Below are positions 12,772 through 25,300 of a stretch of 52,196 bases of DNA, piece after piece. Source of the stretch: Chiloscyllium plagiosum (lineage: Eukaryota); NCBI RefSeq assembly GCF_004010195.1, contig NC_057719.1, positions 8,638,191-8,690,386 on the forward strand. Direction: 5' to 3'. Each line of letters begins with the position of its first letter. Positions within the stretch are counted from its first letter, which is position 1. A program made the position numbers and the translations under genes. Under the pieces are notes generated by a model, which saw only the letters and a program-made list of their open reading frames with translations, searched no databases and was not told the DNA's origin.

Positions 12772-13240
12772 CAGGGCAACCTGGCTTATCCGAACGATAT
12801 GGGTGGGAAGAACTTTGTTCGGATAATCGAATGCTTAGATAATCAAATGTTTGGATAACACAGTTTACCGAAACATTGGGGACCTTAAGATTAGATTACA
12901 TTACAGTGTGGAAACAGGCCCTTTGGCCCAACAAGTCCACACCGACCCGCCGAAGCGAACCCCACCCATACTCCTACATTTACCCCTTACCTAACACTAC
13001 GGGCAATTTAGCATGGCCAATTCACCTGGCCCTGCACATCTTTGGACTGTGGGAGGAAACCGGAGCACCCGGAGGAAACCCACGCAGACACGGGGAGAAC
13101 GTGCAAACTCCACACAGTCGCCTGAGGTGGGAATTGAACCCGGGTCTCAGGCGCTGTGAGGCAGCAGTGCTAACCACTGTGCCACCGTGCCACCCAAAAG
13201 ATCTTGTTTGGATAATGTTCGGGTAATTGAGGTTGCACTG
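12772..13240. mobile_element. Tc1/mariner (Tigger/pogo-like) MITE interrupted by an HE1 SINE
   Basis: ta|cagggcaacc ... ggttgcactg|ta imperfect terminal inverted repeats with TA flanks; internal ggataat/ttatcc subrepeats. Confidence 0.65.
12889..13196 (-). mobile_element. HE1/V-SINE (young, near full length)
   Basis: Reverse complement of the head with A box tggcacagtgg and B box gggttcaattccc, the V-domain and the tail. Confidence 0.92.
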
Positions 13241-13401
13241 TAGATGTGAGAAAGATTATTAATTTAATTATTTTCAATTGCAAGTACATTCATTCAGCAA
13301 TCAGAAAGGTCTGGTTCATTGAGGTGGTGGCTATGAGGGCAATTACAAGTCAATTTTTAGAACAGGATTCAAAACAGCAAGCAAACTTTAGAGATATTTT
13401 A

Positions 13402-13690
13402 GATTAGATTAGATTACTTACAGTGTGGAAACAGGCCCTTTGGCCCAACAAGTCCACACCGACCCGCCGAAGCGCAACCCACCCATACCGCTACATTTAC
13501 CCCTTACCTAACACTACGGGCAATTTAGCATGGCCAATTCACCTGACCTGCATATCTTTGGATTGTGGGAGGAAACCGGAGCACCCGGAGGAAACCCACG
13601 CAGACACAGGGAGAAAGTGCAAACTCCACACAGTGAGGTGGGAATTGAACCCGGGTCTCTGGCGCTGTGAGGCAGCAGTGCTAACCACTA
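13402..13690 (-). mobile_element. HE1/V-SINE (young, slightly 5'-truncated)
   Basis: Near-identical to 12889-13196; (agatt)n tail. Confidence 0.9.
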
Positions 13691-14455
13691 AACAAACCAT
13701 TCAGAGATGCTCTGACACACCTCTGCAGCAGATGGATTTGAACCCAGGCCTCTTAGTTCAGAGGTAGGGACACTACCACGGCACTGCAAGAGCCCCAAAG
13801 CAAGTCTCCTAAACCTAATTATTACCAAATCCCTCCATCATGACAATTCCTGATCTCTATACTTGCGGACAAATAGGAATGTAAGAAGTTAAAAAATAGG
13901 AGGAGGAGTAGACTATTTGGTTCCTTCAGAGGACTCTGCCAGGTCCATAAGATGATGTTTGAAGGTCTATCTCAATTCCATTTCCTGCCTCTATCTGCAT
14001 ATCCCCCTGATTCCCTCAAATCCTAAAACGTCCTAAATCCAACTTGAATAAACTTAACGATTGAGTACCCTCCCTGAGGAAGCAAATTCAAGATATTCTC
14101 AACTTTCTCAGTGAAGATATTTCTCATCTCACTCTCAAAAGGCTTACTTGTCATTCTGAGACCACAGTCCTGGGCTCCCAAGACAGGGGGCAACAGCCTC
14201 TCAGCATCTGCCCTTGTGAGAATTTCAGTGAGATCTCCTCTCATTCTTTTGAAACCTTCTGAAAGTGTTTTCTTACATCACCTTTATGTCTTTTGCATTT
14301 TTGCTACAAAGCTATGGCTTCTTGTTCCTTTACAAGGGGAATGGCCTCCTCCTGTGCCTATAGGGATGCCATGTCATCAAACAAAAACCAAGGTTAATAA
14401 CCAAAACCCTCCATCAAACAACAAAACGGCATTCCCAACGGAGAAGAGGAATTAC

Positions 14456-14769
14456 CGGGTTGACCTTCATTGTTCCTCGGACCTTCCTGGCTGTGGTAGT
14501 CGCCATTGTTGTGGTTGTCGCCATGATGGTGGTGGACATCTCAGCCGGTAATGTGGTCGCCATTGGCTGGTTGACAATCACCGGGGCCACCTCTCCCACC
14601 AGCCTCACGGTTCCGTTGACCTTGACATTGGGATGGCTCTCTGCTGCCATGTTAAGGACCTTTAAGCCATTGTAGTAAAGGCCAGACATTTGTCCCTGGA
14701 ATGGACGACTCCTATTCTTCCCCCCAATTGTAATCATAGCCTGCGTATTGAAGATTGTCAGCATGCGGC
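14456..14769 (-). CDS. NRXN: Neurexin coding exon: C-terminal part of LNS6 plus start of the Thr-rich O-glycosylated stalk (exon following SS4)
   Basis: Minus strand reads acceptor ttcttttccag|GC CGC ATG and donor AAC CCG|gtaatt; 314 nt, phase 1 to 0. Translation (G)[104 protein letters not shown] matches the neurexin motif [35 protein letters not shown]. Closest to NRXN3 by eye; paralog unresolved. Confidence 0.96.
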
Positions 14770-17331
14770 CTGGAAAAGAACAGAGGTATTACTGTATTCA
14801 TTGGCTTGGGGCTCTGATCTTGAAGGCACAACCACTCAAACCAATGCACATTACGTATGTTGGAATGTTCTCAAGATAAGAGCATGCATTACTTTTCTTC
14901 AGGCTGCACATAACATCCTCTCATACAGAATGTTTGAAGTGTGACATTCAAAAACAAGAAAGTTGTTTTCTTGAAAGGACAATTGCAATGCAGGCAATAA
15001 AAGCCTCTCTGTCAAGCTTATCGGTGCCGCACAGAGCATTAATCTTTCATATGCACTTTTCCTTTTATTCTGACTGGATTTGAGATGTTCTCTGATTGGG
15101 GATGATGTGAGAACTTTACATTACAATTATGAATAAATTGGGAAGGGAAATTGGAAACTAAAGTTACCTGTCTATGACTGCGACATGGGAAAAACAATGA
15201 TATATCTCATCCCTTTGCATCTAACACTGTCATTAACCACATTTAGCAGCTGCACTGACATAGCTTGCGAAAGGATGTAATTTGACTGCGATATGTTTAT
15301 GCACTGATATCCTGATGAGGTCATGCTTTCCGCCACTGGAATTGTGCATGCTGTGCACTATTCTTGTCTACAATTGTGCACGGTAATCGAGCACATGTCT
15401 GTGCATGCAGTCATACTGTCACCTGCACCTTGCTCTAAAGGGAACCTGGACAGATGTCAGAACAGTAGCAACAGCGCTCTGACTGATTCAACAGCCTGTG
15501 TGGGACCTTGGTCATTTCTGAGTGTTGCAGACTGGCAAGGTCCAGGAGTATGTGCTGATGGATGCTTGGGACAGCTGCCAATGCATGCTGAGGAAAGACC
15601 ACCGTTTGAGGTCTTTCTGACGAAGTTAAATGAGAGTCCACGCAGTTATCGGAACCTCCTGGTGCCTTAAGTTCATGTAAACACAGGCTTGTATGTGCAA
15701 AAGATGCCTTTGGTTTGTTGGATAGAGTCAAACTCTGATGTTGCTTTGATACACTACTGTACGAAACTGAACTGCAATTGTGATAATGCACCCAGATGTA
15801 CACATAAGGTTTTTTTAATGAATGAAGTATACTTTTGAGATTAAAGAAAAGTCATTTTTGAAAGTGCTAGTGTAGTCTTGAAGCTCAGTCTCTTACCCAG
15901 TTGTGGGCCTTCACTCTGCCAGAGAGTGTATCCATCCCTCAGTAAAATGGGGTGTGCAGTACAAGTTAAGGCAGACCAGCTACACAGGAGTCATAATGTG
16001 AGACCTGTGTAGCTGTCATGTCTCCAGGAAGCTCTCAATGACATGGAGATGCTGACTCGGTAGAAAAATGCTGCCTTTTAGAATTATTGCTATTTAATTG
16101 TCTTTGCATACCGGCATTGTCAGATCTAAGGGTGCATCATGTATTCTAATTATAAAATAGTTATCCACAATAAAGCTCCAACCACCAGGGAACTATCGAA
16201 AAACTCATTAAAAATGCTCTTTCTCACAGCCTATCCCTTGTCAAGAATTATACTTTTACTTTCAATGCCGTGTCATGCATCACATTTGCATTTTAAAGTA
16301 CTTCATCTTTGGAATGTTAATTCAGATCAACTTGACATCATTTTTAAAGAATTCTTCCAGCAATTATTCGTGATTAAGTGACTTTGACAAAAAGAAACTA
16401 AATCAAAACTTAGATCAAAAATTTTAAACGAATTCCTGAAATCAAAAATTCCTTTTGTAAAGCAACAAATATATAACACGAGGATGGTCGAAAATGTGGT
16501 GAAAATCCCATGCTAATATAAAGCTTTGAAGTTGTGATGCGGGATTTATTTACATGAAATCTCTCCAGACAATGTTTTAACAGAGAGGCTCATTTCTGTG
16601 ACTCTCTCATCAGGATCAGTGACATCTGTTTGAGCTCCATTTCAGAGACTCGAGAACACTTCCAGTCTGGTGACAATGCGGGAAGTGCTGTAGAGAGGCC
16701 AAAGACCGTGTCTAAGGGTTACTATCCAGACTGTTCTAGTGGTTGAGCTTCAGCCTTCAGGACTCTACCATGAGCAGTGCGGAAGAAAAATAAAATGGAA
16801 CAATAAAAAGATATCACTTGGGAGGTGCAGACGATAAGAGGCACTGGAAAGCGAGGCATGTTGCCAAACCTTTTCATCTTGCTCTCATCAGGACACATGC
16901 AAGAGTGCCAAAATTCAAATGGTCACTAGAGGAGAAAAAATGCAAGCCAACCTTGATTGGCTGAGGTGTCACCATGGAGAGAAGGAGGGAAACTATAGGC
17001 TCTCCAATTCAAAAAAAGGATGTAAAACTTGAACATATGCCTTTTTGTTCATAGGGCCCCTGCATATGAATAAATGATGGTTCTAGCAGGTCTAAATGAA
17101 CCACATTATGAGCTCCACTGATGATCTTAAATTGGTTAGTCAGGCATTGGTTGTTTGTATTATTGACACGGTTGGGATTGTTCAGCGTGTCCTGTGCAAT
17201 AGCTGAATTACAGCACACATCTTTCTTTCCAGTATCTTTTCATCATTTTCATTTATTGGTTGTGTAACTGTTAAAGACTGTGAATGGGAAAGTAGAAGGT
17301 GGCTTGGCTATTAGTAAATTAAATAATAGCC

Positions 17332-17725
17332 ACGATGTGGAGGAGCTGGTGTTGGACTGGGGTGGACAAAGTTAAAAATCACACAACACCAGGTTGTAGA
17401 CCAACAGGTTTATTTGGAAATACAAGCTTTCAGAGCACAGCTTCTTCATCAGGTAGCTAGTGGAGCAGGAACATAGGACACAGAGTTTATAGGAAAGGAT
17501 CATCGTGTCATACATATTGAACAAACCTAGAAAACCCTAGAAGATGAAAGACTTAACAGCAATCTAGGTCACATCAGTTGTATGACACTATGATCCTTTG
17601 CTATAAATTCTGTGTCCTATGATCCTGCCCCAGTAGCTACCAGACAAAGGAGCAGCACTCCGAAAGCTTGTACTTTCAAATAAACCTGTTTGACTATAAC
17701 CTGGTGTTATGTGATTTTTTAACTA
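17332..17725. mobile_element. Penelope-like family-B remnant with inverted arms
   Basis: aaaatcacacaacaccaggttgtagaccaacaggtttatttggaa is mirrored by ttcaaataaacctgtttgactataacctggtgttatgtgattttt; degenerate hammerhead cores in both arms. Confidence 0.7.
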
Positions 17726-18399
17726 TGTAAATGAAATAACTGAGTGGTCTTTGCCTAACCAAGAGACGATTGGTTTGAGGTGGGAAATCATGGAGTGAAA
17801 TCATCAGTTATGGGGCCAACTACAGTTGGCAAGCTCATTTATATTTGCCTCTACCTTGGGCAGATACTGAGCTTTGCAAAGTAAGAAGGGCAGGGGGTGA
17901 TCTCGCTTTTCGCAACACCATTAATAAACAGACGTAGCCACTTGTGGAATCTTGTGGGAACTGTACACAATAGTAACTACCTTTCGCCTCAGATCACTGT
18001 CATCACTCAACATACACATAAACAGTTTCTTTTGTTCTACAGCATAATTTTAAGACATAAGCTTTCACAAGTTTACAAGAATCAAAGAGAATAAAACGCA
18101 TATAATAACCATGCATGCATCCATTTGAATATTAAGTCTGAGTCATATTAATGTTTACTTTACAATGAGTGTTAAAGGGACTTTAATGATCGGGAACTTG
18201 GGTAAAAGGTGATATTAAGTAACACTTCATTTAGGTTAATTTGAGGTTTCTTATAAAACATTAAATTCTTCAATTGGATATAAAGTGTCCACTTTAAAAG
18301 CAAGCTTATTTTCTGCACATTTACCCAGTGAATTATCATGTATTATGCAAGTTACAATTCACCTTTTTAAGAATTTCATGCATAATTTATTACGAAGCC

Positions 18400-18648
18400 A
18401 AAGGCTGACAGTCCCTTTAACTACAGTTTAATGATGATGAATTATAAGGGTGATTTATCAATATAAAATGAAGTGACTCCATACAAGTTATAAATTACAT
18501 TAAGTCAAGACTTTTGTTCAATATACATGATTATTTTTTTAATTACTGTTTTTTCAAATAAGACTTTAATGCAAGCTTTAGATGTTTGTTTTAAAAAAGA
18601 ATGAACAGAACAGAAAGCGTTAAAGTTAAACTTTTTAATGGAGTTTAC
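18400..18648 (-). promoter_or_regulatory. AU-rich intronic splicing-regulatory region downstream of SS4 (candidate STAR-protein UWAA sites)
   Basis: The transcript strand after the donor reads gtaaactccattaaaaagtttaactttaac...ttttttaaaac...ctaaag...ttaaag...aattaaaaaaataat, with dense UUAA/UAAA motifs in repeat-free sequence. SAM68/SLM1/SLM2 are known to regulate neurexin SS4 through such motifs. Confidence 0.55.
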
Positions 18649-18741
18649 CTTTCTCTTGTAGCCACTCATCAAATACTATTCCTCTGAATTTTTTGGGGAT
18701 TTTCGTTTTAGCAATCGCCAGGCGTTCATTATCAATGTTTC
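18649..18741 (-). CDS. NRXN: Neurexin alternative splice site 4 (SS4/AS4) cassette exon
   Basis: Minus strand reads ctttaaag|GA AAC ATT GAT AAT GAA CGC CTG ... TGG CTA CAA GAG AAA G|gtaaac; 93 nt, phase 1 to 1. It encodes [31 protein letters not shown], homologous to vertebrate SS4 inserts, and splices in frame to the 14769 acceptor. Not in the ORF track. Confidence 0.93.
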
Positions 18742-19744
18742 CTTTAAAGTTTAAAGAGACAGCTTAAAAAACATCTGGAAGGTCAAGGGTTAGTTGTTAA
18801 CATCTTACATTTTAATTACAATTTTTTTTGTTGTGATTGAGATTTATAATGTGTAATATTGAGTTACCACACTTCTAACTGACTCTGCAGACCCTCAGCA
18901 TTAATAGAATGTCGAGTCTGCAGCAACACTTAATTGCCACTGTTATTTTCCTCAGTGCCTGTCACAAGGGATAGCAATTTAACTTTATTTTTATATGAAG
19001 AAGACACCCTCGCCTTTAAACTGCTCTAGCTGTTCTACAAATGCAGATTCCCAAACCCAAGCATTTTTTTAAGAGGGGCGCAATCCCAATTTATAACTTT
19101 CTCAAGAATCGCTGTCAGGAATAACCTTCAGAAATTTCAGCAATCCTCCTTGTTTCATTCATCTTTAATATTCTTCACCAAGTGCTGGTGGCTGTGCCTT
19201 CAGCAGCATTCCAGGTCTTAGGTTTTAGTCAGGCCAAAACTTGAAGTTAATTGAAGTTACCTGATGAACATCGCCCCTCAAACATCCATCCTATTTTCCT
19301 CTTTTAAGAACAAATTGACCACATGTACTCTTCTTACTTCTTTGGCTTTTCTTTTCTTATCTATTCTCAGGATGAGGGCATTGCTGACTAGGCCAACATT
19401 TATTGCCCTTCCCAGTGGGCAGTTAAGAGTTAACCACATTGCTATGGGTCAAGAGTCACGTGTAGGCTAGACCAGGTAAGGATGGCAGTTTCCTCCCCGA
19501 AGGGCATTAGTGAACCAGATGGGTTTTTCCAATAATCAACAATGGATTTGTAATCATCATTAGACTCTTAATTCCAGATTTTTTTTCCACTGAATCCAAA
19601 TTCCACCATCAGCCATAGTTGGATTATGAACATGGGTCCCCAGCAGATTAGCTAGGTCTCCGGATTAACGGTCCAGTGATATTACCATTAGGCCATCACC
19701 TCCCAGCCTCCAGCAGCTTCAGTTTGGTCCTTTTGTCTCTGACA

Positions 19745-20395
19745 TGTGTATGTGTGTGTTTGGGAAAGACAGAGTGTGTGAGAGATTGTATATATAACAG
19801 TGTACATATGAATGAAAGTGACTGTTCAATTGCATGAAAGAATGCTTGTGACTGAGAATGCATATGAGAGAATGATGTTATGTGTGTATGTCTGTGAGTG
19901 AGAGTGTCTGAGATAGATAGTATGTGTATGTGTTTATGGTGTGAGTGTGAATGTTGATGTGACCGTTAGTATGAGTATGAATGTGAGAGAGAATGAGAAC
20001 TTGTGTGAGAGTGTGTGCCCCGGTGTGTGACAGTTTGTGTGTATCTTAATCAGAGAGAGAGAGATTGTGTACACGCACATGTGCGTATTTGTGTGTGTAT
20101 GTATGTGTGGAAGAGAGAGAAAGAGAGAGTGTGTGAGTCTGTGTGTGACGGCTTATGCAACGTGAGTGTGAGCATGTTTGTGTGAGACTGTGACAAACAA
20201 AATGTGTAAGACTGAATGTGTGTGTGCATGTGTGAGAGTGCATTTGAATGCCTGTATCAGTGTGAGACTGTGTGTGTGTGTGTGTGTATATATGTGAGTG
20301 TGTGTCTGTGTTTGTTTGTATATATGTGTATGTGTGTGCCTATGTCTGTGCCTGCATGAGAAATAGAGTTATGAGAGATAGAGAGTGTGCATGTT
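19745..20395. repeat. Degenerate (TG/GA)n low-complexity tract
   Basis: TGTG/GAGA iterations. Confidence 0.9.
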
Positions 20396-21337
20396 TTTTT
20401 TTCCCACATCCATCTTCGACCTGAGATCTGACTTGCCAAACCTTGAGGCTCTCCCTGAAGTTTCCAGGAATCAAAGATTAATCTCCATAAATAGGAAAAT
20501 ACAAGTCTTCCATCTTCTCTACCAGAATGCTGCTGTAAGCAAACTCAGGGGCAAAATCACTGAGTCACGAAACAAATAAAGTACACTTTATAAAATAAAT
20601 TCTTTGAGCTCCATTAGTTATGCCAAATATTGGAGAAAATTAACAGTCAAGGTGAATATAATTGTTTAACAGAGAGTCTATTCCCCTGCTGATTGATAAT
20701 GAGAAGGCAGGTCCAATGATAAGATAATTAAGGGATGGCAAATTCAGACTGAGATGAGGAGGAATTTCTTCTTTCAGGAGGTTGTGAGTCTTTGTATCTG
20801 TTTGCCAAAGGGAGCTCTGGGGAGCAGAGTCCTTGCATGGATTTCGGAATGAGTTACATGGATTCTTGATCAGTTGGGGTTCAAGGATTATGGGGAAAGG
20901 GCAAGAAAGCGTGGGATCAGCAAGGGGCCGAACAGCCTACTCCTGTTCCAATTCCTTATGGTCTTCACAGTCTTAGAATGAAAGCGGGGCAGCTTAAGGT
21001 GAGAGGTCAATTGACAAAACTTGCCGGAACAACTCGAGGCCAGACTGTGGCTGAGAAAGAGCGTACCGTCTCTCCTGAGTCATAATTACAAACAGAATTG
21101 TGAGCATTTCAAAATCCAGCTTTATTTATTTTCCCTGATCTACTCGCATACATCTGAATGTACACCAAAGGCCAAAGGCCATTCGGCTCCTCTAGCCTAC
21201 TTCACCAACCCTAAGAGCATGGATGGTCTGACTGTGGCACCAAATCTACTTTCCTCCTTCCCCCTCTTCCAACTCCCCTGTTGGTCAAACTCTGTCTTAA
21301 AAATACTCAGTAGCCTCCCCACAATCACTGTAGTGAT

Positions 21338-21559
21338 TGTAACGAGATAAGCCGAGTCGATCTTATAGAATATGAGTTCCTTGATTGGAACTGTTAACCT
21401 GGTCTCCTCAGGAAGCCCTGACAGAAATAAACAGGAATGTCTGGGTTTCTGTCACTCTGAGAGCTGGCTCTGTGAGAGCCGGAGCAATGTCAAGTAATAT
21501 GCACATGTGAATAAAAGGTGACCCAGTGATGGGACACCTGCCCCAGTGGAGTTATTTCA
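21338..21559 (+). mobile_element. Possible solo-LTR-like element
   Basis: TG...CA ends (tgtaac...tttca), internal attgg and aataaa; no target-site duplication found. Confidence 0.4.
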
Positions 21560-22132
21560 CCCAAAACATTCTGAGGCAAGATAAATTCCTCCTCATCTCC
21601 ATCTTAAATGGTAGGCCCTTTATTTTAAAATGGTGTCCCATAGACATGCTGGACATGCACATGGACAGCAGTAAATTGAGGGATGTGTAGGTTAGGTTAT
21701 TTTATTTTAGATTAGGTATAATCCTCGGCACAACACCGTGGGCCGAAGGGCCTGTTCTAAGCTGTATGTTTCTATGTTCTAGACGTGATTCTTTCCCATA
21801 AGGGGAAACGTCATACTTCTCAATTTTCTTCAATTGCCTCCTCCCCCATGATACAAAGTCCCAATGACAAGTCCCCAACTTTGACTATTGCCCAACCTTA
21901 ATTTATGAGCCAGGAAGAGTATAGAGGCTATCACATCTGAACCATTTACACATTCAAAGAACCACAGAACCCCTAGAGTGAAGAAAGATACCAACCCTCT
22001 GAAGAACATCCCAACCCAACCTCTACCCTATCTCCAGATTCCCCATAGTTAACCAACCTAGCCTACACATCCCTGAACACTATGGGCAATTTAGCATGGC
22101 CAATTCACCTAACATGGACATCTTTGGATTGT

Positions 22133-22399
22133 AAATGTGTTGCTGGAAAAGCGCAGCAGGTCAGGCAGCATCAAAGGAGAAGGAGAATCGACGTTTTGGG
22201 CATAAACCTTTCTTCAGGAATGAGGAGGGTGTGCCAAGCTGGCTAAGCATTCCTGAAGAAGGGCTTATGCCCGAAACGTTGATTCTCCTTCTCCTTTGAT
22301 GCTGCCTGACCTCTCCTTTGATGCTGCCTGACCTGCTGCACTTTTCCAGCAACACATTTTTAAGCTCTGATCCCCATCAACTGCAGTCCTCACTTTCTC
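22133..22399. mobile_element. Fold-back Penelope-like family-A element inserted in a minus-strand HE1 SINE (approx. 21960-22555)
   Basis: catctttggattgt at 22119-22132 and 22400-22413; core CUGAAGA-A-GGGC-UUAU-GCCC-GAAA at 22253-22276. Confidence 0.8.
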
Positions 22400-25300
22400 C
22401 ATCTTTGGATTGTGGAAGGAAACTGGATCACCCAATGGAAACCCAAACAGACACAAGGAGAGCGTGCAAACTCCACAAAGACAGTCACCCGAGGCTGGAA
22501 CTGAACCCAGGTCCCTGGCACTGTGAGGCATCAGTACTAACCACTGAGCCACCATATACTTTAACAAAAGAGCTGGGGCTGTCCAGGAATAGGCAACCAA
22601 CTCCCTCTCCTTCCCCAAAGGTCAATCTCCTAATGCGCCAACTAGCTGAGGTCATTCAATTCAGCACATTAAGGGCATTAAACAGCGTGATATTCCTAAC
22701 TCTTGACACCTCATGAGATTCAAGACTTCTTTCAAGATTTTTTTCCAGAAAATAACAGTGGAATTTAGTGACCTACATTGTATTATATCATTTAAATAAC
22801 TTTTAAAAGACATATTAAATTGGAATGAAATTTTCCCCTCATGGAAGAAGCAATTGCAGAGCAAAACAACACTTTGCCTTCTTCATAAGACCTTAAAAAA
22901 GAGATATTGTCATTTTAAAATGCATTGTCATAGTCAGGCGACAATTTCCCAGGGTCTATAAAAATGATTTATTTTATCCTTTAATCATTTTAATGGACGA
23001 AACATGCATAGTCATTCCATTTCATTTCCCTTATAAATTGCACTTTAAAAAACATCAGGCACACAGCAGACAGATGTTGGGGTCCTGCCATTGTGCTTAT
23101 CCATTGAACACTCTGGGTCCAATAGCATGCAAACTTGTCATGGCACCATATTCACTTCCTCAACATCCCCCAAAAGTCTTTCTTGTTTTCAGAAAATAAA
23201 ACAATTATACCATGGTTCACTGCAATATCTTTTAAAGTAAATGTTTGAAAATGTTTGCTTTAAGTTGTTGGCCATTTTTGGTGTGGCGTTTTATTTTCTG
23301 TGAAACATTCCCAGTTGTAACCCTGGATGGAAGTGACCAGAGTCATGCTCCTGGTTGGGGTGTTTTCAGGATGCTGGGGTCCAGGTGGACAGGAGTTGGG
23401 AAAAAGGGTGGAAGAAAATCTTGTACTATTTCATATCTCTATCGCAATCAAATATTTGCATCTGGAGTCTGAGGAGTGGAGGATAAACTAGAATCAAATC
23501 CAGACACTAATGACAGAACCCAAGGCTAGAAACATGGTATAAATTCCAAAAACCAATCACTTTGATAAATATTTCCATTGAAAGGATAAATTCCATTTTG
23601 GTTGCACCCTTTTCATTGTCAGTGAATTAGTACTGGGTACAGCAAATGAGACAAGGTTCATGTTGCTATTTGTACTGCTTTAACCCAACTTGAAATTGAA
23701 ATCACCACAGAGGCACTGACAAGTTGCTTTTATGACCTCTTACTCAATGGGCATCGCCAAGGATTCAAATCATTCCAGGAAGAGAAATTCACATCAATAT
23801 TATAAGGGATAGCAGCATTCTGAGGATGGCCCTCAATGGTAAATTCTTCCACAGGCCATGTGAGATCCATCCAAATACACTGACTTTAATCTGTCAGGAG
23901 TTACGTTCTAGTGACCCAGCAATTAAATTCCACACTGGAGACAATGACCTAAAGATCCAAGTATCCTCCAGAAACCATGTGTTAGTCTCCTATATCCATG
24001 TTACAGTGACCATGGGAATTCAAACCAAGTACCTTTTAAAGAAGTGGGAACAAAGAGTGAAACCTTGTGAATATTTGGGTGAGAGTCCAGGTAAAACACT
24101 CCAATGAGACAGGAACTGATTATTCATTTTCTTGACTGTAAGTTAATGTTTTATATGTACCTGACTTTCCAACAGCCTTGTGGCTCTTTTGGATAATTTC
24201 ATATTCCCGAAGATTTCTGTGAGCCTTTGATAGAGGTGGGGATCTTTGGAACCTTGTTATTTTATATGTATATATAAGGACTGGAGGCAGAGTGTTTATG
24301 AAGAGAATAAAGGCCCTGTTTGTCGATCCGACCAAAATTCTATTAATATGGGATGACCGCCAAACAGCTTTAGATTGTCAGGAGCATAATTCACTCAACG
24401 TTAGATAATCTCCTTCTTGTATCGGGAAGTTTCAAGGCCATTTTGTGACCTGCATTGTCAAAACTGAAGAGTGAAGTTGCATGTGATTTTTTTCTGGTGT
24501 TTATCTTGCTTGCTCGTGCGAGAATCTCAGCCCAGCGTACATTGAAGCTTTCAGTTCCACTCTCCCCTTTCCTGCAAGCTAGGACCAAGCCTGCATCAGC
24601 CACCCCCGTCATCAGCTCAACTCACTAACAACTCATCCATCCTTGATGGTTCCACCCTCCGTCCTATCACCAGTTGTCATTCATTCTTTGCCTCAATCTT
24701 CAGACTCTAATGGAACTCTTGTACCTTGTCCCATGCAATAGGCAGCAACCCTTCCTTGTGTCTCAAAACACATTTGACCTTGATGATGTCTACCCAGGAG
24801 TATGTTGGAGTCCAGACCCCTGAGACCATTGCCTGGCAAAACAAATAAATCCCCGTCTTCCCCAGTTAGCCAAGCTTATTGATTCTGTTAAACTTCCTCC
24901 TCCAAAAATAACACACCCATCAACAGCTAGACTTAGTGCCACTGTTTTCTTACTCTACAACTTTTGGTGATATCCTGACCTTAGAATCTTGATCTTACCT
25001 AAAAAAGAAAGTAATAAAGGCTTCCACTTGTCTAGGAGTAGGCAAACTGCTGGACTGTATTAGAATACGATGCAGCGGGACATAAAGGAGACCGTTTCAG
25101 GAGAAGGCAATTTTACAGTTTTGAGCCAAATCACACCACACTGCAATGTTGCAAATGGGGGATGATTCAGAGTAAAGTGCAATCTGAGATCGCCTACTGA
25201 CTAATGGCAACTCTGATCACAAAGCAAAGCCCAACATCCCAGGAACAAAGCCATTCCCATTGAATCCCAGTCGTTAAATGGCAAAGCAAGATTTTCGAAG

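Noticed and set aside
14111..14944. Plus-strand ORFs overlapping the neurexin exon
   Set aside because: Antisense shadow frames of the real minus-strand exon.
15311..15335. CUGAUGA in unique intronic sequence (possible hammerhead or C/D box)
   Set aside because: No downstream stem II plus GAAA and no convincing terminal stem.
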